Assembly (NCBI GenBank): GCA_014361195.1
Contig: JACIWA010000007.1
Location: forward strand, 3,346-67,345
Reading direction: 5' to 3'
Length of the DNA: 64,000 nt
Source: Thermoplasmatales archaeon
GTDB taxonomy: Archaea; Thermoplasmatota; E2; UBA202; JdFR-43
How positions within the stretch are numbered: the stretch's first letter is position 1; each line of letters opens with the position of its first letter. The position numbers and the translations under genes are program-made. Positions 1 to 10,106 of this stretch are shown in pieces. The notes beneath the pieces are model-generated. The model made no database searches and had not been told where the DNA came from. It worked only from the letters and a program-made list of their open reading frames with translations.

Positions 1-1
1 A

Positions 2-1432
2 AGCATTGGACCAGTTGGAGGAATTCTTGAAAAAGGAAGCGCTGCGGGCTCCGCGGGCTTTAAATATTTTTTGGTTCCTAAGGGACAGAGCATAGAATAC
101 AGGCTATTTGAAGAAAAAATTGGGCCATTGACGATATACAGGAGGAAAGCGGTTAATGTTTCTGAAGAGCTGAATAAGAAATACAATATAAGTGTAATAG
201 AAGTAGAAGATATAAATGAGGCAATGGGTTATTTCACAGGATATAAATTTAAGGAAGAAAAATCTGATAAGCAAATAATATCTTCAGATTTTTATGGAGG
301 AATAATGAAGCCGATGGCGGGTGAAATTATAGGAGAAGCTGAAGAGATGTATAAAGAGGCGGAGGAAAATTTAAGTAAGACAAATTTGCCTCTTGGATGG
401 CCATGGTATAATCCCCGTAGCATAATTCCAAATTCCCTGAAAAATGCTAAGGAAAATCTTGATGAAGCAAAAAATGCGATGTATAATGAATTTTATTACT
501 ATGCAATAAGTAAGGCATTTCAATCAAAAATAAACTCTCTTTTTGTAATTTATGCATGCAATTATTATAATGGAAAAAAAATTGAAGAAATAAAGGATGA
601 GGTAGAAGAAATTGTCAATAAAAGCATTTCTGAATTAAGGGAAGCAAAAATAAAGGGGCTTGAAAGCCTGCAATGCATTGGCTCCGCCCAAAAAAGAGTT
701 CTTGAAGCAGAAGAATATTTAAATAAAAGTGGTGGAGATCTTGAAATCCTTTATAATTTTGCATATGCTAGGGAGAGATGCTATACCGCTTATTGGTGGA
801 TGAATTTGAGCAATTATTTCAATGAAAGTTATAATGTTGATGAAACCTTGGTTAAGGAAATAGCGGAGGAATATTATAGCTATGCGGAAGATATTTTTTC
901 GTATGCAAATATTTTATCAGAGCAAACTGGCTATTCAAGCAATTTTATAAATAAGGCAAATGAGGCAATTTTAAGGGCTAAAGAGCAAAAAGAAGAATTC
1001 CCTTCCTCAAGTTTATTTAATTCTCTTGAAGCAATTGCTTGTTCAAATCTTGCAATAGAAACAATCGGAATAGATGATTTAAGCGAAAAGATGAATAGAA
1101 CAAAAGAAATGGCAAGTTATTCAATTCAGAAAGCAAGAGATATGGGTATAGAGCCAGTATTGGCAATTAGTTATAATGAATTTGCAAGAAGTGTTGAAAA
1201 AAATGATTCTTTAAATTCATTAATTTACTACAAGGATGCATATATAATTGCAAATACTCTTTGCCTTGCAAGGGGTTATAAAGGAGGGGATATAGAAAAA
1301 ATAAATGTAATTACTTCACCTCCAAACGAAATTAAGGAAGAAAATCAAAATCAATTTTTTGCGGTCGCCTTCATTTCCTTAATTGGCGGAATAGTAATTG
1401 GCTTTTTGTTTTCCTCAAGAAGAATGGATTGA
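2..1432 (+). CDS. Lon-type (S16) serine protease domain protein, 5'-partial, with long helical extension and C-terminal membrane anchor
   Basis: The frame is open from base 2, upstream of the listed TTG at 71. The first residues SIGPVGGILEKGSAAGSAGFKYFLVPKGQ resemble the Lon/S16 catalytic-Lys segment (GG..EK..AA..G). The C-terminus FFAVAFISLIGGIVIGFLFSSRR is a TM helix plus basic tail. Confidence 0.55.
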   Translation, partial: SIGPVGGILEKGSAAGSAGFKYFLVPKGQSIEYRLFEEKIGPLTIYRRKAVNVSEELNKKYNISVIEVEDINEAMGYFTGYKFKEEKSDKQIISSDFYGGIMKPMAGEIIGEAEEMYKEAEENLSKTNLPLGWPWYNPRSIIPNSLKNAKENLDEAKNAMYNEFYYYAISKAFQSKINSLFVIYACNYYNGKKIEEIKDEVEEIVNKSISELREAKIKGLESLQCIGSAQKRVLEAEEYLNKSGGDLEILYNFAYARERCYTAYWWMNLSNYFNESYNVDETLVKEIAEEYYSYAEDIFSYANILSEQTGYSSNFINKANEAILRAKEQKEEFPSSSLFNSLEAIACSNLAIETIGIDDLSEKMNRTKEMASYSIQKARDMGIEPVLAISYNEFARSVEKNDSLNSLIYYKDAYIIANTLCLARGYKGGDIEKINVITSPPNEIKEENQNQFFAVAFISLIGGIVIGFLFSSRRMD

Positions 1433-1484
1433 GATGGGTGGATATAATTAGCAAATATAAAATACAAATTTTTATTTACAAAGC

Positions 1485-2462
1485 ATGATTAAAGAATACC
1501 TCAAGCTATCTCGCTCATTTAATGTTGGATTAACCGCACTCGCTCCCGTGCTAGGGGCATTCTGTAATGGAGAGAGAAATTTAATTTATCTTTTCCTTTT
1601 CTTCCTTGTTGGATTTTTCGGGCATTGCTATGGCTTTGCCCTCAATGATATTGTTGATTATAGGGTTGATGCATTGTCTGATGAGCTTAAAGAAAGGCCT
1701 CTTGTAAGCGGGAAGATAAAGATTAGAGATGCCTGGATCTTTACCCTGCTGATGCTTTTTATATCCCTTTCCCTCGGTTTTTTTATTTCATATCTTTATT
1801 CAAATTTTTATGCTTTCTCAATTCTTGTTTTTTCAGCAATTTCAATAACAGTTTATGATTTCATAAGCAAAAAATATCCAGCAATGGACATTTTTGTTGC
1901 TTTAGGTATATTTTTGTTGATTCTTTACGGGGCATTTGCGGTAAATAAAGATATAAATGAAATAACATGGATTACCTCAGCCCTTGGCACAATTCAAGTA
2001 CTTTTCATGCAGTTTATAGCGGGCGGACTTAAAGATGCGGAGCATGATTATAAAGCAAAGGCAAAAACCCTTGCAATAAAATTGGGTGTAAGGGTGGAGA
2101 AAAAAATTTTCATTCCCCTTTCATTTAAATTCCTTGCATATTCTCTGCAATTCATTTATCTCTTCTTCATTTTCTATCCTTTTTACAAAATATTTGAGCA
2201 CGGCCTGATTCAAATCATCATCCTTTCAATCTTGAGCATTTTAATGCTTTACATAAGCCATAAACTTCTTTCAATAAAGAAATTTGTAAGAGATGAAGTT
2301 AGAAAATATATCGGGATGCACTATTATATAAACTTTTCTCTTGTTCCAATTATGCTAACCGCTATAAATCCATTCATTTTCTTTCTTGCATTTATTCCAC
2401 CTCTTGCATTCATAATTTCAAATATTGCAATACATAAGCAGATATTGCCAAAAACAATGTGA
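1485..2462 (+). CDS. UbiA-family prenyltransferase (candidate digeranylgeranylglyceryl-phosphate synthase-like enzyme)
   Basis: Asp-rich motif ALNDIVDYRVD (NDxxDxxxD) and a second motif GLKDAEHD. Polytopic hydrophobic protein. The substrate cannot be assigned from sequence alone. Confidence 0.8.
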   Translation: MIKEYLKLSRSFNVGLTALAPVLGAFCNGERNLIYLFLFFLVGFFGHCYGFALNDIVDYRVDALSDELKERPLVSGKIKIRDAWIFTLLMLFISLSLGFFISYLYSNFYAFSILVFSAISITVYDFISKKYPAMDIFVALGIFLLILYGAFAVNKDINEITWITSALGTIQVLFMQFIAGGLKDAEHDYKAKAKTLAIKLGVRVEKKIFIPLSFKFLAYSLQFIYLFFIFYPFYKIFEHGLIQIIILSILSILMLYISHKLLSIKKFVRDEVRKYIGMHYYINFSLVPIMLTAINPFIFFLAFIPPLAFIISNIAIHKQILPKTM

Positions 2463-2466
2463 TAAT

Positions 2467-3648
2467 ATGATAAGAGTAATAAGAAATAAGAAGGAAGCAA
2501 AAAAGGAAATGGAAAAGATAGGAGTTGAAAGTGAAGCAATAAAAATAATGCTACCAAAATTTTTTCATCTCAATATAAAATTAAAAGATGTTGCTCCACA
2601 GGATGCAATAATTATAAAGCAGGAAATGCTTTCATTGGGGGGAGATACCGCAATTTCGAAAAAAGCAATGCCTCCAAATTCTCAAAGAACGGATATTTTG
2701 ATCGGAGGAAGTGAGAAGCAGATAAGAATTCTGTTGAAAAAATTGAAAAATCAGTATAAAAGGCTTTATGAAATATCTGAAGAAATAGAGGAAATTATAA
2801 AAGAAAGCAGGATGAGCATAAAAATAGGCAGAAAAAATTTTCAGATAGGAAAAAGAACATATATAGTTGGTATATTAAATGTTACCCCTGATTCTTTCTA
2901 TGATGGAGGAAAATATTTTGATTATGAAAAAGCAATTGAAAGGGCAAGGCAAATTGAGAAGGAGGGGGCAGATATAATAGATGTAGGTGGCGCCTCCACC
3001 CGCCCTTTTGCGAGCGAGATTGATGCAAAAGAAGAGATGAGGAGGGTTTTGCCTGTCATAGAAGCGATTAAGGGGGAAATAAAAATACCGATTTCTCTTG
3101 ATACCTATAAGCCAGAGGTTGCGGAAAAGGCTGTTGGGAGAGGAGTGGATATGATAAATGATGTTTTTGCTTTGAGGAAAGAAGGAATGGCGGAATTGAT
3201 AGCGGAGCATGATTTGCCGGTTTGCATAATGCATATGAAAGGAGAGCCAAAAAATATGCAGATAGCTCCATATTATGAGGATGTTGTTGAAGAAATCTTC
3301 TATTTCCTTAAGGAAAGAATAAACTTTGCAGTTAAGAAAGGAATAGAAAAAGAAAGGATAATAGTTGACCCTGGAATTGGCTTCGGAAAAAGAACAGGAG
3401 AAATAGAGGATAATTTGGAAATAATAGCCCGCCTGCAAGAATTAAAGAGCTTGAAAAGACCAATTCTGATAGGCATTTCAAGAAAGAGCTTCATAGGAAA
3501 TATAACTAAAACTCAAGTCGAGGAAAGGCTGGAAGGAAGCCTCGGGGCGGAGGCAATCGCAATCGCAAATGGAGCTGATTTTATAAGATGCCATGATGTA
3601 ATTCAAACCAAAAGAATGGCAATGGTTGTCGATAAGATAGTTAGATAG
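2467..3648 (+). CDS. folP: Dihydropteroate synthase with ~150-aa extra N-terminal domain
   Basis: Pterin-binding DHPS motifs GILNVTPDSFYDGG, DIIDVGGASTRP and DPGIGFGK. I start it at ATG 2467, directly after the UbiA stop at 2460-2462. The listed 2425 start lies inside the UbiA gene. Confidence 0.85.
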   Translation: MIRVIRNKKEAKKEMEKIGVESEAIKIMLPKFFHLNIKLKDVAPQDAIIIKQEMLSLGGDTAISKKAMPPNSQRTDILIGGSEKQIRILLKKLKNQYKRLYEISEEIEEIIKESRMSIKIGRKNFQIGKRTYIVGILNVTPDSFYDGGKYFDYEKAIERARQIEKEGADIIDVGGASTRPFASEIDAKEEMRRVLPVIEAIKGEIKIPISLDTYKPEVAEKAVGRGVDMINDVFALRKEGMAELIAEHDLPVCIMHMKGEPKNMQIAPYYEDVVEEIFYFLKERINFAVKKGIEKERIIVDPGIGFGKRTGEIEDNLEIIARLQELKSLKRPILIGISRKSFIGNITKTQVEERLEGSLGAEAIAIANGADFIRCHDVIQTKRMAMVVDKIVR

Positions 3649-3679
3649 CTATTAGTATAGAGAGCTCTTAATAGTTAGA

Positions 3680-3738
3680 GCCACTCAGATCGCCCATCAT
3701 TCTTCATTTCTCAGATTTGCGTTCATCATCATTGTGGC
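3680..3738 (-). ncRNA. C/D-box sRNA candidate (2'-O-methylation guide)
   Basis: The minus strand reads GCCAC-A-AUGAUGA(C box, 3732-3726)-11 nt-CUGA(D', 3714-3711)-GAAA-UGAAGA(C', 3706-3701)-12 nt-CUGA(D, 3688-3685)-GUGGC. It has a 5-bp terminal stem GCCAC/GUGGC and is about 59 nt long. It lies in an intergenic region. Confidence 0.6.
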
Positions 3739-3837
3739 AATAATAAATGGTGGAGAAAATTAAAACTTTTTGAAAACTTTTTAAAAAAGTTAAAATCAAT
3801 TTTTAATAAATTTTAAAAATATTGAAAAAATATTTGC

Positions 3838-5211
3838 ATGAAAAAGATATTTGCATTTACTTTAACTTTATTACTGCTTACAATCACTCCCCCATCTCTT
3901 CCAAAAAGCTTTTCCTTTGAAATTTTTTATCCAAAAATGGGCTATCCCGCTATAGTTGAAAGAGGAGGAAGTTTTGAAATAATTATAAGTAAGGTTGATT
4001 TCAGCAGAATAGAGGCGAAGATTGAAACTTCATATGAACCAACTCCTGATGAAATTTATGTTGAAATAGAAAATGTCTCAATAGGAGAGAAAATATACAT
4101 CAAAGCAAGAATACCAGAGCTTGCTCCTCCTGAACTCTATAATATTACAGTCTTAATTGATGGGGTTGAGAAGAAAGAAGTGAGGGCAGTAAATGTTGTT
4201 GAAAATATATCACAGAATTTTAAAATCGCCCATATAAGTGATTTGCATGTTGGTGATCCAAGAGGGATAAGAATAAATTTAAAGGAAAAAATTAATTTGA
4301 GAGCAATAAAGAAATGTATAGAAGAGATAAATTTAATTCATCCTGATTTTGCTATAATAACAGGCGACCTTGTTTATGGAGCAAGATATGAAGAAGAATA
4401 TGAAAAATTATATGAAATACTGGAGGAGTTTGATGTTCCTTTTTATATTTGCCCTGGAAATCATGATGGATATTTTAAAGCGAGCGAGGATGGCTTTAAT
4501 TTCTGGGAAAATTATTTCGGACTTAAAAATTATTCATTTAGCTATGGAAATGCACAATTTATAATGGTAAATTCATATGATTGGGATAAAAAAGATAGAT
4601 TAGCTTTCTCCCTCATACCATTAAACTGGGGAGGAGCTATTAGTGATGAACAAATAAAATGGATTGAAGAAGAGCTTAAAGAGGAATATTCAATAAAATT
4701 TATATGCTTACATCACAATCCTCTCTGGGATACAAAAAATAACTCTCTTCTGGGGAAAAGCTACTATGGGAGGGAGAAATTGATTGATTTGATAAAAAAT
4801 TATAGTGTAAATTTTGTGCTGGCGGGGCATGTGCATGCGGACGATGTAACTGTTTTTGGGGCTACAACATTTATAACAACTACTACTCCTTCAAGCTCCT
4901 GCAGGGATTACTGGGGATATAGAATTATTGAATTCAGAAACTGGAGCTTTTATTCCTGTAATTATAAAGAGCCAAAATATTCAATTCCTTCCTACATGCT
5001 GAATATTACCCATGAAGGAGATAAAAAAATTTTTGTTGAAAACAATCTTGAAATAAATTTAACCCTTCATCTAAAATTTTTTGTTAAATCAGGAAATTAT
5101 AAAGTCATGAATGGAGAGGTTGAGCAAATAAGAGAAAAAGATGGATATATGCAAATATATGTGAGGAGCGAGGTGGAGAGGGAAAGCATTAAGGAAATAT
5201 ATTTAATCTGA
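3838..5211 (+). CDS. Secreted calcineurin-like metallophosphoesterase
   Basis: N-terminal signal peptide MKKIFAFTLTLLLL. Metallophosphoesterase motifs ISDLHVGD, GDLVYG, GNHD, LHHNP and GHVH. Confidence 0.8.
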   Translation: MKKIFAFTLTLLLLTITPPSLPKSFSFEIFYPKMGYPAIVERGGSFEIIISKVDFSRIEAKIETSYEPTPDEIYVEIENVSIGEKIYIKARIPELAPPELYNITVLIDGVEKKEVRAVNVVENISQNFKIAHISDLHVGDPRGIRINLKEKINLRAIKKCIEEINLIHPDFAIITGDLVYGARYEEEYEKLYEILEEFDVPFYICPGNHDGYFKASEDGFNFWENYFGLKNYSFSYGNAQFIMVNSYDWDKKDRLAFSLIPLNWGGAISDEQIKWIEEELKEEYSIKFICLHHNPLWDTKNNSLLGKSYYGREKLIDLIKNYSVNFVLAGHVHADDVTVFGATTFITTTTPSSSCRDYWGYRIIEFRNWSFYSCNYKEPKYSIPSYMLNITHEGDKKIFVENNLEINLTLHLKFFVKSGNYKVMNGEVEQIREKDGYMQIYVRSEVERESIKEIYLI

Positions 5212-5943
5212 CTCAATTCTTGGAGCAAGGAGATAAGTTATTTTTATTACTCCCAATGCTTCAAAATAGATTTTTACAGGATAATTATTTCCCAAATATA
5301 TTTTTGCTTCTTGGCTAGCATCTTTGGCAATCTTGATCATATCTCCTAGATAGTCTATTGGAAACATGCTCTTTACTTTATCATTGCATTTTATACTTAT
5401 TAACTCTTCTTTTGAAAGTCTCAACTCAACACTATCATTATCTCCTTCTGCTCTCATTTCAAAATAATCTTTATCTCCTTCAAGAATTATATGGTCAGAG
5501 ATTCCTTCTGTGCATCTTATTGTCTGATACAATTTTTCTGTTGGTGCAACAATTTCTGCGGGTAGCTCAAGAGATGGAACTTTTGTATCAGGCATTTCAC
5601 TTGCATCAAGCAATCCAATTTTCTTTGTTATATTTCCAATCCTTATTATAAGGCGAGCTTCTTCCTTACCATATTTTATCTCCACCATGTCATTGCTACC
5701 CGCTATTTTTAAAATTCCAGATAGTTTTTCAAGATCAAAAGCTATCTCTTCCTCATCATCAAGCTTGTATTCATCAAAAGCATCCTTTTCTATTTTGAAG
5801 TCAATCATTCCGACATGCGCGGGGTCAACCATTCTTCCATATATTCCATCTTCCTTTATTTTTATCTTTGCTTCATCAACAAGTATTTCTATTGCATTGG
5901 TAATCAGCTTCATAAAATCCGCTTTTATTTTGCCCTGGAACAT
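5203..5943 (-). CDS. pcn: DNA polymerase sliding clamp (PCNA)
   Basis: 246 aa. The N-terminus FMKLITNAIEILVDEAKIKIKEDGIYGRMVDPAHVGMIDFKI is the typical archaeal PCNA pattern, and the protein has two-domain length. Confidence 0.9.
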   Translation of the reverse strand: MFQGKIKADFMKLITNAIEILVDEAKIKIKEDGIYGRMVDPAHVGMIDFKIEKDAFDEYKLDDEEEIAFDLEKLSGILKIAGSNDMVEIKYGKEEARLIIRIGNITKKIGLLDASEMPDTKVPSLELPAEIVAPTEKLYQTIRCTEGISDHIILEGDKDYFEMRAEGDNDSVELRLSKEELISIKCNDKVKSMFPIDYLGDMIKIAKDASQEAKIYLGNNYPVKIYFEALGVIKITYLLAPRIESD

Positions 5944-5990
5944 TGTTTAAATAATACTTTTCTATTTAAAAACATAGCGATGGTGATAAA

Positions 5991-6500
5991 ATGTTAATTG
6001 ATATAATAAAAAATAGGAGAAGTGTAAGGGAATATGAAAGCAGAGATGTCTCGAATGAATTAATAATCGAGCTAATAGAGCATGCCCGCCTTGCCCCTTC
6101 CGCCAAAAATCTGCAAGAATGGAAATTTATAATTGTGAAAGATAAGGAAAAAAGGCAAAAGCTCAGCGAGGCGGCGAAAAACCAGAAATTTGTGAGCGAG
6201 GCGCCGGTTGTTATAGCGGGTGTGGCTACCTATACTGATTATGTGATGAGTAATGGAATACCCGCCTGCCACATTGATGTTGCCATTGCGATGGAGCATA
6301 TCGCTTTAGCTGCTGCTGAGAAAGGGCTTGGAACGTGCTGGATAGGGGCATTTTATCAAGATAAGGCAAAAGAAATTCTTAAAGTGCCGGAAAACTGTAA
6401 AATAATAGCTCTGATGACGCTTGGCTATCCAAAAGAGGATGGGAAGGAAAAAATAAGGAAAAGAATTGATGAAATAATCTGCTGGGAAGAATTTAAATGA
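5991..6500 (+). CDS. Nitroreductase-family oxidoreductase
   Basis: RRSVREY N-terminal motif, ~170 aa, and a GTCWIGAF segment typical of the FMN nitroreductase fold. Confidence 0.7.
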   Translation: MLIDIIKNRRSVREYESRDVSNELIIELIEHARLAPSAKNLQEWKFIIVKDKEKRQKLSEAAKNQKFVSEAPVVIAGVATYTDYVMSNGIPACHIDVAIAMEHIALAAAEKGLGTCWIGAFYQDKAKEILKVPENCKIIALMTLGYPKEDGKEKIRKRIDEIICWEEFK

Positions 6501-6850
6501 AAATCTGGCTTAAAATTCTGTTTATGCTTTTATCCATATTTTTGATTTGCTTATTTTTGGTATGGTGGATGAATTATGAGCCATTGAAAATAGAAATAAA
6601 AAATGAAAGGAATGAGACAGTAAGCTTGGAGATTCGCCTTTTAACGCTGGATAATTATTTGATTTTCAATAAAAGCATTTCATTGAATGAAAATGAAAGC
6701 ATAACAATTGAGAATGTTACTAATATGGCAAGAAATTACTATATTGAAGTAAGGGTTGGAAATGAAAGCAAAAGAGAAAAAATAACATATGGAAAATATC
6801 ATGAGAAGATAGAAATTTTGATAGGAGAAGAAATAAGTATAAAGAAATAA
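6497..6850 (+). CDS. Hypothetical membrane-anchored protein
   Basis: 4-nt overlap with the upstream gene. N-terminal TM helix LKILFMLLSIFLICLFLVWW. No recognisable domain. Confidence 0.4.
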   Translation: MKIWLKILFMLLSIFLICLFLVWWMNYEPLKIEIKNERNETVSLEIRLLTLDNYLIFNKSISLNENESITIENVTNMARNYYIEVRVGNESKREKITYGKYHEKIEILIGEEISIKK

Positions 6851-6873
6851 GAGAAAAAATATCAAAATAACAT

Positions 6874-8556
6874 TTACATCTCTTCAAGTGCTTCTATTCC
6901 GAGCAAATTCAGGCAATTCTTTAAAACTTGTCTGGTTGCATTTACAATAGCAATTCTCTCCTTTTCTTTTTCACTTCCAATAACCCTGCAATCTCTGTAA
7001 AATATGTTAAAGCGAGAAGCTAATTTGTAAGCGTATTCCGCTATAATTGAAGGATTTCTATTTTCTATGCTCTCTTTAACAATTTCCGGGAAATATGCAA
7101 TTGTTTTTATTAATTCTATTTCGCTACTATGCTCATATTTTGCCCTTAATTTTTCATATTTAGCCTTTCTCAATATTGAACAGCATCTTGCATGTGCATA
7201 TTGAATAAAAGGAGCACTTTCTCCTTCAAAATTCAGGGCTTCTTCCCATTTAAAAACTATTGCTTTATCTGGTTTAACCTTTATTATATTATATCTTATT
7301 GCTCCAACTGCAACATTTCTTGCAATATATTCAATTTTGCTTTCATCTTCCTTCCTTCTTTTTTTAACTTCTTCCTTTGCTCTTTCAATTGCTTCTTCAA
7401 AAAGATCATCTAAATAAATTACCCTCCCTCTTCTTGTTGACATTTTTCCTTCTGGAAGAGAAACAAAAGCATAAAATATATTTTCAGGAGTTTTTTTATT
7501 CAAAATTTTTAAAATTATCTCAACACATTTTGCCTCAAGTTTATGATCCTCTCCCAATACATTTATCATTATGTCCGCTCTTTCTCCTTTCCATATATGA
7601 TATGCAACATCTCTAAGGGGATAGAGAGAAGTTCCATCACTTCTGGTTAGGAAGAATTTATTGTCCATTCCAGAAATATTAAAAGATGTCAAGTCAAGAT
7701 AAAAAGCATTTTCCTCCTCCTTTATGCAATCTGAACCTGAAATTTCCCTGATTAATTTTTCAACACTTCCATCTATAACAAATCTTGATTCTTCAACAAA
7801 TTCATCTATCCTTATGTTTATATTTTCAAGTGATTCTTTTATTCCAGATAGAACTTTTTCATATACTTCTCTTATTTCCTCTAAAATTTTCTTATCCCCC
7901 CTTTCACATCTCCTTACTATTTCATTTATTTCATTTTTAACTTTCTCCTCTTTCTCCATTAATTCAAACGCTTTCTTGTAATATTCAACAAAAATATGAT
8001 CCATCTTTTTATTTTCTTCCTCAATCCTTAAATTTTTAACTCCCCAGAAAAGAATCGCCACCTGCTTCCCCATATCATCAACATAATATTGAGTTACAAC
8101 TTCATATCCTCCAAATTTCAGCAATCTTGCTATTGTATCTCCAATTATTGGATTTCTTGCCCTTCCAACATGCAATGGACCGTTTGGATTTGCGGAAGTA
8201 TGCTCAACAATAACCCTCTTTCCTTTCTTTTCAAAGCTTCCAAAATTTTCTCCCATTTCATCTATAAAATTTAAAGTTTCCTCCGCGAGCTTCTCTTCAT
8301 CTATATAAAAATTTACATAACCATTTATTGCCTCAACTCTCTTTATTAAATTTCCTTCTATGCTTTTACTTATCTCTTCCGCTATTTCAATCGGGCTTTT
8401 TTTAACCTCTTTTGAAAGGGAGAAACATGCAAAGGATGCATCCCCCACTTTTTGCTTTTCAATTTTCACCTCATACTCAATTCCATAAATTTTTTTAATT
8501 GCTTTCTTTATCCCATTCTTAACCTCTTCATAAAATCTTTCATATGTGTATTTCAT
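6874..8556 (-). CDS. argS: Arginyl-tRNA synthetase
   Basis: Class I motifs HTSANPNGPLHVGRARN (HIGH-type) and GKMSTRRG (KMSKS-type). 560 aa with a DALR-type C-terminal domain. Confidence 0.95.
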   Translation of the reverse strand: MKYTYERFYEEVKNGIKKAIKKIYGIEYEVKIEKQKVGDASFACFSLSKEVKKSPIEIAEEISKSIEGNLIKRVEAINGYVNFYIDEEKLAEETLNFIDEMGENFGSFEKKGKRVIVEHTSANPNGPLHVGRARNPIIGDTIARLLKFGGYEVVTQYYVDDMGKQVAILFWGVKNLRIEEENKKMDHIFVEYYKKAFELMEKEEKVKNEINEIVRRCERGDKKILEEIREVYEKVLSGIKESLENINIRIDEFVEESRFVIDGSVEKLIREISGSDCIKEEENAFYLDLTSFNISGMDNKFFLTRSDGTSLYPLRDVAYHIWKGERADIMINVLGEDHKLEAKCVEIILKILNKKTPENIFYAFVSLPEGKMSTRRGRVIYLDDLFEEAIERAKEEVKKRRKEDESKIEYIARNVAVGAIRYNIIKVKPDKAIVFKWEEALNFEGESAPFIQYAHARCCSILRKAKYEKLRAKYEHSSEIELIKTIAYFPEIVKESIENRNPSIIAEYAYKLASRFNIFYRDCRVIGSEKEKERIAIVNATRQVLKNCLNLLGIEALEEM

Positions 8557-9536
8557 TTTACTTCTTCAAACATTTTTTCCAAAAACTCTTCTCTTTTCCT
8601 GTACAATCTTTTATGTTTCCTCCTCATGTCTTTAACACTTGAAAAAATCAGGGGAGCAATTATTGTCGCATCACCATAAACAGTAACACATGTTTTTGAT
8701 TCTGCATCTATTTTTTTCCATGAAATCGCCTCCTGCGGGGTGGCGCCGGAGAGCCCGCCATAAGGTGGCACATCGCTCGTTATTTGGATGAAGTAGTTAT
8801 GTCCTCTTTCCTTTTTCTTGAATATCTGGCTTATCATCGGCTGGGTTTGCATGAAGAAATTTTTAGGTGCTCCTCCTCCAAGAATTATTGCCCCGCTCCT
8901 CCTGCTATTATATATTATTGCGGTTGTCTCAAGCACATCCCTTTCCACATCTGTATGAATTTTTTTGTTTTTCAGCCTTAAATAAGATAAATTCATTCCT
9001 ATTGAAGAATCTCCAGGAGAAGGGCAGTAAATTGGCACATCATATTTTGCACATGTTGCAAGAAGAGAGTTAGATGGCTTTTTTGAATTTTCAAGCAATT
9101 TTTTTCCTAGATAATTGTGTATTTCTGCGGTTGAAAAATTCCCTTCAATATCAAAATTCTCCTGTATGTAGGCATCTGTCTCAAAAAGGGTTTCAAGAGG
9201 AATAAATATATCATATATCCTGACTATCCCATTTTTTGCAAGCTCTCGATCATCCACATTAAAACTTCCCTTATAAACTGGCAAATCAAGGGCAAAGTGC
9301 ATGTCATGATATAAATTTGCTCCAGTAGAAATTATAAAATCAACGAGCCCGCGCTTCACCATTTCAATTATTGCTCCTCCAAGCCCAGCAGGAATAATTG
9401 CTCCCGCCAAAGTAAAGCATATTGTTGCATCATCCTCAATCATCTTTTTATATATCTCGCATGCCTCCGCCAGGCGGGCGGAATTGAAGGCATACCCATA
9501 TGGAGAGAAAATAGGAGTTATTTTCTTCATTTTCAC
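8553..9536 (-). CDS. dys: Deoxyhypusine synthase
   Basis: [27 protein letters not shown] and [17 protein letters not shown] match DHS signatures. 4-nt overlaps on both sides. Confidence 0.9.
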   Translation of the reverse strand: MKMKKITPIFSPYGYAFNSARLAEACEIYKKMIEDDATICFTLAGAIIPAGLGGAIIEMVKRGLVDFIISTGANLYHDMHFALDLPVYKGSFNVDDRELAKNGIVRIYDIFIPLETLFETDAYIQENFDIEGNFSTAEIHNYLGKKLLENSKKPSNSLLATCAKYDVPIYCPSPGDSSIGMNLSYLRLKNKKIHTDVERDVLETTAIIYNSRRSGAIILGGGAPKNFFMQTQPMISQIFKKKERGHNYFIQITSDVPPYGGLSGATPQEAISWKKIDAESKTCVTVYGDATIIAPLIFSSVKDMRRKHKRLYRKREEFLEKMFEEVK

Positions 9537-10090
9537 TCAACTATGAAAACCGCAGCAGCAACAACACTCGTCCATAGCCCGTGAATATCTCCTCTTGCGG
9601 TTTGAGTTATGTTGCTTGCTTTAACAATTTTTCCGCTCATCCTGAAAACCTGCTTTTTTTCATCCCATGCTTTATTCGGGTCAAATTCTATTCCAAGAGT
9701 TGTTGCAAGCATTGTTGCAGCTAAATCTTCCGCTTTTTCACCCGCTATTTTTGCACATTCTCCAAAGCTATGATATTCAGATAGGTAGCCATATAAACTT
9801 CTATCCTTAGGAATTGCAATTCCAACAGATGCAGCAATCAAGCGATTTGGCTCATTTGTTGAATTTCTTGCAATAACCACATATGTTATTTGTCCTGGAG
9901 AAAGTAATTCCTTTCCTCTCTCAGCGGATATAATTTTGCAATGGGGAGGAACTATGCTGGACACACTTACAAGATTGCAATGCTGTATTCCCGCATTTCT
10001 CAGTGCAAGCTCAAATGATTGTAGCTGGTCTTTATGCCTTCCAGCTCCTTTAGTCAGAAATAGTTTTGTGGGAATCACAAAGTTAATCAA
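9533..10090 (-). CDS. pdaD: Pyruvoyl-dependent arginine decarboxylase
   Basis: [35 protein letters not shown] contains the self-cleaving SS site context of PdaD. 185 aa. Confidence 0.9.
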   Translation of the reverse strand: MINFVIPTKLFLTKGAGRHKDQLQSFELALRNAGIQHCNLVSVSSIVPPHCKIISAERGKELLSPGQITYVVIARNSTNEPNRLIAASVGIAIPKDRSLYGYLSEYHSFGECAKIAGEKAEDLAATMLATTLGIEFDPNKAWDEKKQVFRMSGKIVKASNITQTARGDIHGLWTSVVAAAVFIVE

Positions 10091-10106
10091 TTTCCAATAT
10101 TAAAGT

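Noticed and set aside
2875-3494. Minus-strand ORFs of 187, 67 and 64 aa
   Set aside because: They are antisense to folP, with no motifs.
3762-3791. Tandem AAAACTTTTT repeat and AACTTTTT/AAAAAGTT near-palindrome upstream of the phosphoesterase gene
   Set aside because: It is pure A/T low-complexity sequence in a promoter region, likely just TATA/BRE-like context. It is not distinctive enough to call.
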